A stretch of 64,000 bases of DNA. It comes from Longimicrobiales bacterium. GTDB lineage: Bacteria; Gemmatimonadota; Gemmatimonadetes; Longimicrobiales; Gaopeijiaceae. Below, piece by piece: positions 56,503 through 64,000 of this stretch (its first letter is position 1; every line of letters starts with the position of its first letter). The notes under the pieces are model-generated. The model was not told the DNA's origin. It saw nothing but the letters and a program-made list of their open reading frames with translations, and made no database searches. The position numbers and the translations under genes are program-made. The stretch spans positions 256,001 through 320,000 of the forward strand of contig CBDDCX010000007.1 in the NCBI GenBank assembly GCA_965226375.1. Reading direction: 5' to 3'.

Positions 56503-57078
56503 CTATCCTTCGGGCGGGGCGTGCTCGAAGTAATCGAGATAACGGCCGTACTTGTCACGCTGCTCATCCAGCCAGAGCTCGTAACGGCTTTCAACCAGCC
56601 CCCCGGAAGCCGTTCGCTCGGTGGCCGCTCGCGTGGCGAGATGGTCGGCGTACTCGTTCTGGACATGGCCTTCGTGACCGCGAACCCAGCTCCACCGCAC
56701 GTCGTGTTTGGCGGCGATGCGATCGAGCTCCTGCCAGAGTTCCAGGTTCCCGATCTCTCCCCCCTTCCGCTTCCATCCACGCGACTTCCACCCCTTCAGC
56801 CACTCGGTCATTCCCTTGACGAGATACTGGCTGTCCGACACGAACCGGGCTCTACACGGACGCTTTCGCAGCAAGGTCAGCGCCTCGATCGCGCTCCGAA
56901 GTGCCATACGGTTGTTGGTCGTGTCCGGCTCTGAGACCCAATAGTCCCGGCGTACCCACTCATCGGCCGTCCAGTGCTCGACCAGACCGCCGGCGCCTCC
57001 GGGGTTGGCTCTGTCTTGGAACTGGTTGCCGAGGCAGGACTCATCGGCGTAGATGAAAATCTCGGGCGCTTCCGTCAT
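56503..57078 (-). CDS. rnhA: Ribonuclease HI
   Basis: YADESCLGN, TTNNRM, SDSQY, WVRGH, NEYAD. Confidence 0.93.
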   Translation of the reverse strand: MTEAPEIFIYADESCLGNQFQDRANPGGAGGLVEHWTADEWVRRDYWVSEPDTTNNRMALRSAIEALTLLRKRPCRARFVSDSQYLVKGMTEWLKGWKSRGWKRKGGEIGNLELWQELDRIAAKHDVRWSWVRGHEGHVQNEYADHLATRAATERTASGGLVESRYELWLDEQRDKYGRYLDYFEHAPPEG

Positions 57079-57253
57079 TTCGTTCCGTCTTCTTCCCGAT
57101 CAGATGGCTCGGCGGGTAGCGAGCAAGGTAGGGCGGCGAGTGGGGGGGCGGAACCGGGTGACATCCAAGCTTGACTCGCTTTGCTGCGGTTCTAAATTCC
57201 GCCGGCTGTCGGATCTTTCTGACGGCACCACACATGACTCGGAAGTTCCCGAT

Positions 57254-58378
57254 TTGGCTGGCACTGACCCACGCGAACCTGCGTACCTTCTCCTTGAAGA
57301 CGGTCGGCGTTTCGACGGCTTTCGATTTGGCGCCGCAGGGCCTTCACTCGGTGAGGTGGTATTCAATACGTCCATGACCGGATACCAGGAGATCCTCACC
57401 GATCCGTCGTATTCCGGTCAGCATGTCGTCATGACGTATCCGCTGATCGGCAACTACGGAGTGAACGACGAGGATCGGGAGTCGGAGGGCCCTCAGGTTA
57501 CGGGCTTCGTGGTGCGTGAGCTTCCTCCGCAGCATTCCTCCTGGCGAGCGACCGAGTCGCTGGAGGAATACCTTACGGCCCATGACGTCGTGGGAATCGC
57601 TGAGATCGACACTCGGGCGCTCACTCGGCATATCCGTTCCGAGGGAGCCATGCGTGGCGCTATTGCTCCGGCCGAGACCGACCAGGCCACCCTATTGGAG
57701 AGTGTGCTGGCACACCCACGCATGGAGGGTCTCGATCTGGCGTGTGGTGTGTCCACCGACGAGCCGTACGTGGTGGAGGCCGTTGGCGAGGAGCGCTTCC
57801 ACGTTCTGGCCTACGACTTTGGCATCAAGGCGAACTCGCCAAAGCTCCTGTCTGAGGGCGGATGCCGTGTGACGGTCATCCCCGCAGAGACCTCGCTGGA
57901 GGACATTCTGGCGGTGCGTCCCGACGGGATGTTCATCTCCAACGGACCTGGAGACCCCTCGGCCGTCGAGAAGGCCGAGGCCGCTATCCTCGAACTCTCT
58001 GAGCGGGACGTCCCCGTCTTCGGGATCTGTCTGGGCCACCAGCTCATCTCTCGGGCCTTCGGTGCCAAGACCTATAAGCTCCCGTTCGGTCATCACGGAG
58101 GGAACCATCCGGTACGGAATCTCGATAGTGATACGGTGGAGATTACGTCTCAGAACCACGGATTCTCGGTGGCTCTGGGCCAGGGTGACGAGATTCCGGG
58201 AGCGCCGGAGCTACGACTCACCCACGTCAATCTCTACGACGGCACGGTGGAGGGCGTGGCTCATCGGGAACGCCCGGTCTTCGCGGTTCAGTACCATCCT
58301 GAAGCCGCCCCTGGGCCCCACGACAGCCGGTACCTCTTCGATCAGTTCATAACGCTCATGGAGTCACGGCGCCCGTAG
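57254..58378 (+). CDS. carA: Carbamoyl-phosphate synthase small subunit
   Basis: GEVVFNTSMTGYQE, SNGPGDP, GICLGHQ, QYHPE; start approximate. Confidence 0.96.
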   Translation: MAGTDPREPAYLLLEDGRRFDGFRFGAAGPSLGEVVFNTSMTGYQEILTDPSYSGQHVVMTYPLIGNYGVNDEDRESEGPQVTGFVVRELPPQHSSWRATESLEEYLTAHDVVGIAEIDTRALTRHIRSEGAMRGAIAPAETDQATLLESVLAHPRMEGLDLACGVSTDEPYVVEAVGEERFHVLAYDFGIKANSPKLLSEGGCRVTVIPAETSLEDILAVRPDGMFISNGPGDPSAVEKAEAAILELSERDVPVFGICLGHQLISRAFGAKTYKLPFGHHGGNHPVRNLDSDTVEITSQNHGFSVALGQGDEIPGAPELRLTHVNLYDGTVEGVAHRERPVFAVQYHPEAAPGPHDSRYLFDQFITLMESRRP

Positions 58379-58468
58379 GTCCAAGGGCCACTTGACGTTC
58401 CAGGTTCGAGATCGTTACCGTGGCAGCCCTGCCATCACTCGGACACATATCGTATCGCGGAGGAATGG

Positions 58469-58771
58469 ATGACCAAGGCGGACCTCGTTGAACAGGTGGC
58501 GGAAGCCATCGGTCCCGGGATCACCAAGAAAGATTGCGCACTGGTCGTCGATGGGTTTCTCAACGCCGTAAAGCGGGCACTCGCGAACGGGGAGAACATC
58601 GAGATCCGCGGGTTCGGAACCTTCAAGGTCCGAAAGCGGAAGAGTCGCATGGCTCGTAACCCACGGACTGGCGAGGGGGTGGAAGTGCCTTCCAGAAGTG
58701 TCCCGGTGTTCAAGCCCTCCAAACACCTTCGGACGCGTGTCAGCCAGCTCGACGGGCGGCCCGTAGAATAG
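58469..58771 (+). CDS. HU/IHF-family DNA-binding protein
   Basis: MTKADLV, IRGFGTF, ARNPRTGE. Confidence 0.95.
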   Translation: MTKADLVEQVAEAIGPGITKKDCALVVDGFLNAVKRALANGENIEIRGFGTFKVRKRKSRMARNPRTGEGVEVPSRSVPVFKPSKHLRTRVSQLDGRPVE

Positions 58772-58889
58772 AACGGCGCGGCGCGCGACCGGCCGGATTC
58801 GACACGAGCCGTATCCATTCTTGTCCGAACGCTTCCTCTTGATCGTCTCAAAGGACTTAACGCTTCGGTGACGACGAACATCTGACTTG

Positions 58890-59450
58890 ATGATGGCCGA
58901 GGATATACGCACCGAGCCACCTTCCGATGACGAGTTGGTTCAACGTGCAAAGGCTGGTGACAATCGCGCGATGGACTTGCTCGTGGACCGGCATCACGGC
59001 GCGGTTTTTCGGACGTGTGTTGCCATTCTCGGAGAAGCGGATCTTGCAGCGGATGCGAGCCAGGACAGTTTCATCAAAGCGTTCAGAGCCCTCGGACGGT
59101 TTAGGGGCGACTCCGCCTTTCGGACATGGCTCTTGGCCATCGCGGGAAACGAAGCCCGCGGACATCTCCGCAAGGCCGGTAGACGGAAAGAGCGTGGACT
59201 AGAGGATGTGGATGCCATTTCAGCGACCGGGCACGACCCGTCGACGGAGGTCACCCTTCGTTCGGAGGCGGCTCGCGTCCGGCAGGCCGTGGATGGGCTG
59301 CCCCACAAGCAGAGGTTGTCGGTGACGCTTAGAATCGACGATGACTTGAGCTTTCGCGAGATCGGTGAGATCATCGGTTCATCAGAAGGCTCGGCTCGAG
59401 TGAACTACCATCACGGCATCCGCCGCCTACGGGAGTTGTTGGAGCCATGA
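58890..59450 (+). CDS. ECF sigma-70 factor
   Basis: FRGDSAFRTWL, LSFREI. Confidence 0.92.
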   Translation: MMAEDIRTEPPSDDELVQRAKAGDNRAMDLLVDRHHGAVFRTCVAILGEADLAADASQDSFIKAFRALGRFRGDSAFRTWLLAIAGNEARGHLRKAGRRKERGLEDVDAISATGHDPSTEVTLRSEAARVRQAVDGLPHKQRLSVTLRIDDDLSFREIGEIIGSSEGSARVNYHHGIRRLRELLEP

Positions 59451-59899
59451 CGGACCATACGTGTGCAGACGCAAAGGAACTGCTGCCGAGCTTGGTGCGA
59501 GGAGATCTCTCCACGCAGGAGCGCGCGCGGATCGAGGCGCACGTCTCTACGTGTGCGAGTTGCAGTGAAGAAGCTGCCCTTGTGCGCCAGCTCCGCACGA
59601 CGAGGCCGGTACCGCCCGTCGGATTGGCGGATGAAATCAAGCAGGCGGTTGCCCGCGACAAGGCGCGCCCCCGTCGGTCGTTCGGCTGGACGCTTCCGGC
59701 TGCCGCGACCATTGTCCTCGCCTTGGGAACCGCCGTCATCTGGCAGCGCGCTGAGACCTTGCCTGAGGCCAGTAAGCTCGCCCAGGACTCGTTCGTGATG
59801 GTTTGGTCCGGCGACGACGCCATGGTCGCCGATGCACCCATGCTCGAAGATCTGTCCGACGAGGAGTTGGCAGCCCTGCTCGAGGAGCTCGGAGGATGA
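59447..59899 (+). CDS. zf-HC2 anti-sigma factor
   Basis: HVSTCASC motif plus TM helix. Confidence 0.88.
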   Translation: MTDHTCADAKELLPSLVRGDLSTQERARIEAHVSTCASCSEEAALVRQLRTTRPVPPVGLADEIKQAVARDKARPRRSFGWTLPAAATIVLALGTAVIWQRAETLPEASKLAQDSFVMVWSGDDAMVADAPMLEDLSDEELAALLEELGG

Positions 59900-60435
59900 A
59901 CAGACTGATCGGCGTATTGGTCGCCCTGCTCATCACGGTGGGTTCAGAGGGCCTTACGGCCCAACGGAGAGGGTCGCCGGATCAACGGCCAGGGGAAGGC
60001 CGGCGTGCGGAGATGGAGCAGATGATCCGGGGCCGTTTCGACGCCATGGTCCGGCAGCAACTCGGACTCAGCGACGAGCAGAGCCAGAGGCTCCAAGATG
60101 TATTGGAAGGCTACCGCGAACAGCGGCGGGGCTTCATGCAGGACGAGCGATCCACGAGGCGCCAGTTGATGAATCTGGGTGCCGGGGACGAACTCACAGA
60201 GGAGCAGGCGACCGAGGCCCTTCAGCAAATGCTCCGGTTGCGCGAAGAGGAAGTACGTCTCTTCCGCGAGGAGCAGGAGGCGCTCGTGGGAGTGATCAGC
60301 GCTCGTCAGCTTCTGCGCTTCGTGGTCATGCGCGATCAACTCAATCAGCGAATTCAGAGCATTCGGGCCGGCGGTGGCCGTGGCATGGGGCCACCAGGGG
60401 GGCGCAGACCGGGTGGCGGGGCAGGGCCCCCTTGA
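59896..60435 (+). CDS. Periplasmic Spy/CpxP-like helical protein
   Basis: Signal peptide, LGLSDEQ and ISARQ (LTxxQ-like) motifs. Confidence 0.7.
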   Translation: MNRLIGVLVALLITVGSEGLTAQRRGSPDQRPGEGRRAEMEQMIRGRFDAMVRQQLGLSDEQSQRLQDVLEGYREQRRGFMQDERSTRRQLMNLGAGDELTEEQATEALQQMLRLREEEVRLFREEQEALVGVISARQLLRFVVMRDQLNQRIQSIRAGGGRGMGPPGGRRPGGGAGPP

Positions 60436-60535
60436 GGCATCCGCCTGGAACGTTGACCCGAAAGGGGGGGTTCTCTACTGTCCTGAGATCGTTCTTGTCT
60501 TCTTACGACATGCTTCTCCCTGGACGCCGGAATCC

Positions 60536-60781
60536 GTGGAAATCCGAACCCTTTTCTTCGCATCCTACCGAGAACTGGTAGGCACCAAGGAGCTCGATAT
60601 CGATCTCCCCGAAGGGGCGACCGTATCGGACCTGGTCTCGACGCTACGGTCACGCGGGGGTGCGTTCACGGTTCTTCCCGTCGATCCGGCGGTCGCCGTG
60701 AATCACAGCTACGCAGACCCGGCTGTTCTTCTCAATGATGGCGACGAGGTGGCGCTGATTCCTCCGGTGGCGGGTGGCTGA
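60536..60781 (+). CDS. moaD: Molybdopterin synthase sulfur carrier
   Basis: FFASYRE...AVN...GDEVALIPPVAGG. Confidence 0.93.
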   Translation: MEIRTLFFASYRELVGTKELDIDLPEGATVSDLVSTLRSRGGAFTVLPVDPAVAVNHSYADPAVLLNDGDEVALIPPVAGG

Positions 60782-61235
60782 GATGGCCTTCGCTGCGGTG
60801 GTGCAGACGCCGATCGATCCGGCCGAGGTCCTGGCTCGGGTGGGAGCCGACGAAGATGGAGCCGGTCTCCTGTTCGTGGGGGTGGTGCGTGATCACAACG
60901 AAGGTCGCTCCGTGGAAGGAGTGCGCTACGACGCCTACGAGGAGATGGCGGTCGGAGTGCTCACCGAGATCGTGGGTGAGGCCGCCGGCGTGCTGGGCAC
61001 CGATCGTATCGCCGTGGTACACCGTGTGGGTGACCTGGCGGTGGGCGAGGTCAGCGTTGCGATCGCCGTCTCGAGCCCTCACCGTGCCCAGGCCTACGAG
61101 AGCTCCCGATTCATTATCGAGGAGATCAAGAAGAGACTCCCCGTATGGAAGAAGGAGCGCTACACCGACGGGGTGCAGGAGTGGGTGTCCGGGGCCATAC
61201 CCGTGGCTCCTTCCGGGGAAGCTGAACAGCCATGA
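60774..61235 (+). CDS. moaE: Molybdopterin synthase catalytic subunit
   Basis: F.G.VR, HRVG.L, SPHR, PVWKKE. Confidence 0.94.
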   Translation: MAEMAFAAVVQTPIDPAEVLARVGADEDGAGLLFVGVVRDHNEGRSVEGVRYDAYEEMAVGVLTEIVGEAAGVLGTDRIAVVHRVGDLAVGEVSVAIAVSSPHRAQAYESSRFIIEEIKKRLPVWKKERYTDGVQEWVSGAIPVAPSGEAEQP

Positions 61236-62212
61236 TCGATCAGTTCGGCCGCAGAGTCGAGTATCTCCGCATTTCGGTCACCGACAAGTGCAACCTGCGG
61301 TGTGTCTACTGCATGCCCCTGGAAGGCCTCGACTGGCTCAAGCGCGAAAGCCTTCTCAGCTACGAAGAGATCGCGCGCATCGTCGAGATTATGGCCGGCA
61401 TGGGCCTCAAGAGGGTTCGTATCACCGGGGGGGAGCCTCTGGTCCGCAAGGACCTCCACAGGTTGGTCGGCATGCTGTCGGCCATCTCGGAGATCGAGGA
61501 CATCTCACTGTCCACCAATGCGGTTCTGCTGGCCGACCAGGGGGAGCGCCTCAGGGACGCCGGCGTAAATCGGGTCAACATCTCGCTCGACTCACTGCGG
61601 GCCGACCGGGTGGACGCCATCTCACGGCGCCCCAACTCGTTCGGCCGCATCATGGACGGACTCGAAGCCGCCGAGAACCTCGGGTTCGAACCCATCAAGA
61701 TCAACGTCGTGCTCATCGGTGGGCAGAATGACGACGAGATCGAGTCCTTCGCCCTCATCACCAGGGACAGGCCCTGGCACGTGCGTTTCATCGAGCTCAT
61801 GCCGACCGGCTCCAACTTGGAGCTGAGCATGGACAACTTCGTGTCCTGTCAGGATGCCCTGGCCCGAATCCGAAAGCTCGGGGCGCTGGAGCCCGCAGAA
61901 GGGCCCGCCGGCAACGGCCCCGCGACCTATTTCCGCTTCCCGGACGGACGGGGCACCGTGGGAGTCATCACTCCCATGAGCCACAACTTCTGTGACCGCT
62001 GTAACCGCATGCGGCTGACGGCCGACGGACAGCTCCGTCCGTGTCTTTTCGGGTCTCTCCAAACCAACCTTCGAGACCCGCTTCGGGAGGGAGCCGACCT
62101 GGTTCCGCTCATCGAAGAGACCCTGCGCACCAAGCCCGAGCGTCACTACCTGATTCAGGGAAGCGATGAGGGCTCGGGGGGTCTCGTAGCCCTCTCCCAG
62201 ACGGGCGGCTGA
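61232..62212 (+). CDS. moaA: GTP 3',8-cyclase
   Basis: YLRISVTDKCNLRCVYC, FCDRCNRMR, C-terminal GG. Confidence 0.96.
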   Translation: MIDQFGRRVEYLRISVTDKCNLRCVYCMPLEGLDWLKRESLLSYEEIARIVEIMAGMGLKRVRITGGEPLVRKDLHRLVGMLSAISEIEDISLSTNAVLLADQGERLRDAGVNRVNISLDSLRADRVDAISRRPNSFGRIMDGLEAAENLGFEPIKINVVLIGGQNDDEIESFALITRDRPWHVRFIELMPTGSNLELSMDNFVSCQDALARIRKLGALEPAEGPAGNGPATYFRFPDGRGTVGVITPMSHNFCDRCNRMRLTADGQLRPCLFGSLQTNLRDPLREGADLVPLIEETLRTKPERHYLIQGSDEGSGGLVALSQTGG

Positions 62213-62330
62213 CCCGGGCACATCGCCCCGTAGGAGGGGTTTTGGAGGCATGGAGTTTCCCCTCGGTCTCGGGTAACTTCCGTGGGGCGAACGCCCTGAA
62301 AACAACGAAAAACCTTCCAGTCATGGTCAG

Positions 62331-63263
62331 ATGAGCGTGAATAAGATCACTGTCGTAGGAGCGGGCCACGTAGGCGAGACCTGTGCCCAGAGATTGGCGG
62401 AAAAGGAGCTCGCCCGTGAGGTCATCCTGATCGACATCGTCGAGGGCATTCCTCAGGGCAAGGGACTCGATCAGTGGGAGAGCGCACCCGTCGAAGGGTT
62501 CGACTCCCGCATCATCGGGACCAACGACTACGAGGCGGCGGCGGGGTCCGGAATCTTCATCGTCACTGCGGGCATCGCACGAAAGCCCGGCATGAGCCGT
62601 GACGACCTGCTCAAGACCAACGCCGGCATCGTGGAGTCCGTCTCGAAGGAGATCGCCAGGGTGGCGCCCGACTCCATCATCATCATGGTCTCGAATCCCC
62701 TGGACGTCATGTCACATGTGGCCATGCAGACTACGGGATTCCCGCGTGAGCGCATCATCGGCATGGCCGGGGTCCTCGACACCGCACGTTATCGCTCCTT
62801 CATCGCCCTGGAGCTGGACGTGAGCGTCGAGGACATCCAAGCGCTGGTGCTCGGGGGGCACGGTGACACGATGGTGCCGCTCGTCTCCACCACGAACATC
62901 TCCGGGATTCCCCTCACCCACTTCCTGGATGACGATCGCATTGCCGCCCTGGTCGAGAGGACCCGCAAGGGAGGTGCGGAGATCGTCGGTCACCTCAAGA
63001 CCGGCAGCGCTTACTATGCGCCGTCATCGGCGGCCGTTCAGATGGCCGAGGCGATCGTCAAGAACAAGCGTCGCATCCTTCCGTGCGCGGCGTATCTCCA
63101 GGGTGAGTTCGGCCACGAAGGCATCTTCCTGGGTGTTCCGTGCAAGCTCGGGGAGGGTGGGTTGCAGGAGATCATCGAGGTGGAGCTCACCGAGGCTGAG
63201 GCAGCCGAGCTGGCGAGCAGTGCCGAGGCCGTTCGGGGCACCATGGAGGCTCTCGCCGGCTGA
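62331..63263 (+). CDS. mdh: Malate dehydrogenase (LDH-like)
   Basis: [25 protein letters not shown]. Confidence 0.96.
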   Translation: MSVNKITVVGAGHVGETCAQRLAEKELAREVILIDIVEGIPQGKGLDQWESAPVEGFDSRIIGTNDYEAAAGSGIFIVTAGIARKPGMSRDDLLKTNAGIVESVSKEIARVAPDSIIIMVSNPLDVMSHVAMQTTGFPRERIIGMAGVLDTARYRSFIALELDVSVEDIQALVLGGHGDTMVPLVSTTNISGIPLTHFLDDDRIAALVERTRKGGAEIVGHLKTGSAYYAPSSAAVQMAEAIVKNKRRILPCAAYLQGEFGHEGIFLGVPCKLGEGGLQEIIEVELTEAEAAELASSAEAVRGTMEALAG

Positions 63264-63343
63264 CGCCCCGGGGCCGCTCGGGGCTCCGGCCCCGTCTCTT
63301 CAGCGGCTCGGAGCACGGCCGGTGCTGATCGGTGGGAGACACC

Positions 63344-64000
63344 ATGCGTCGAGTATTCACACTGTACGGGTCATCGGTGGGCAAGAAAACCGCCATGGCC
63401 CTGTCCGGTCTCGCCCTGGTCGGATGGCTCTTCGGCCACATGGTCGGCAATCTGAAGGTTTTCCTGGGAGCCAACGAAGCCGGCATCCAGCACATCGACG
63501 AGTACGCCGAGTTCCTCCGCACGATGGGTGAGCCGATACTGCCCGAGGGTTTCAGCCTCTGGGGGATCCGGCTCCTCATGCTGGCGTTGATCGGCATACA
63601 CATCGTTGCGGCGACGCAGCTCTATCTGCAGAACCGGGCGGCCCGAACGACCCGCTACACGAAAGAGGAGTCGATCTCCTTCACGTATGCGTCGAGGACG
63701 ATGCGGTGGGGTGGGGTGATCATTCTTCTCTACATCGTCTACCATCTGTTACACATGACCGTCGGCTCGCTTCATCCGGACTTCGAGCACGGCGCCGTGT
63801 ATCGCAACCTAGTCATCGGATTTCAGAACCCCATGGTGGTCGGTGCATATACCGTGGCCACGTCGGCACTCGGCCTGCACCTGTACCACGGTCTCTGGAG
63901 TATTTTTCAGACGCTGGGCGCGAGCCACCCTCGGTACGACGACCTTCGTCGCCCGCTCGCGGCCGTGCTCACCTTTGTCATGGTGGGCGGATTCCTGTCC
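63344..64000 (+). CDS. sdhC: Succinate dehydrogenase cytochrome b subunit (runs off the window)
   Basis: SSVGKKTAMALSG...HMVGNL, HLYHGLWSIFQTLG. Confidence 0.88.
   Translation, partial: MRRVFTLYGSSVGKKTAMALSGLALVGWLFGHMVGNLKVFLGANEAGIQHIDEYAEFLRTMGEPILPEGFSLWGIRLLMLALIGIHIVAATQLYLQNRAARTTRYTKEESISFTYASRTMRWGGVIILLYIVYHLLHMTVGSLHPDFEHGAVYRNLVIGFQNPMVVGAYTVATSALGLHLYHGLWSIFQTLGASHPRYDDLRRPLAAVLTFVMVGGFLS

Overview
A GC-rich bacterial chromosome segment. Gene order and content (yicC-gmk-rpoZ-coaBC-udg-dnaB-ispD, PadR/membrane pairs, a GWxTD-like protein) suggest Gemmatimonadota; this is inference only. Most of the window is housekeeping: envelope ABC transporter, Fe3+ ABC transporter, icd, pepA, gap-pgk-tpiA-secG, 2-oxoacid dehydrogenase, lipB, rnhA, carA, moaDEA, mdh, sdhC. 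The main exception is an ~11 kb accessory island (~14.7-25.4 kb) lying between two genes that share a putative SOS box (imuB-like and DUF6504-like/recX). The island looks like an integron-like cassette array: small genes and toxin-antitoxin pairs separated by related attC-like imperfect hairpins. However, its tyrosine recombinase lacks the IntI-specific insertion. An IS1111-type (IS110 family) element sits exactly in the AAC/GTT core of one hairpin, and its non-coding end contains short copies of both its target and its own donor junction, resembling bridge/seek RNA guides. Other highlights are an unassigned ~345 nt structured RNA with its own promoter and terminator, a 1075 aa coiled-coil protein with exact 93 aa periodicity, a PilC-fragment chimera, a MITE, and several disrupted reading frames. 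All calls come from reading the sequence by eye; no searches or folding programs were run.
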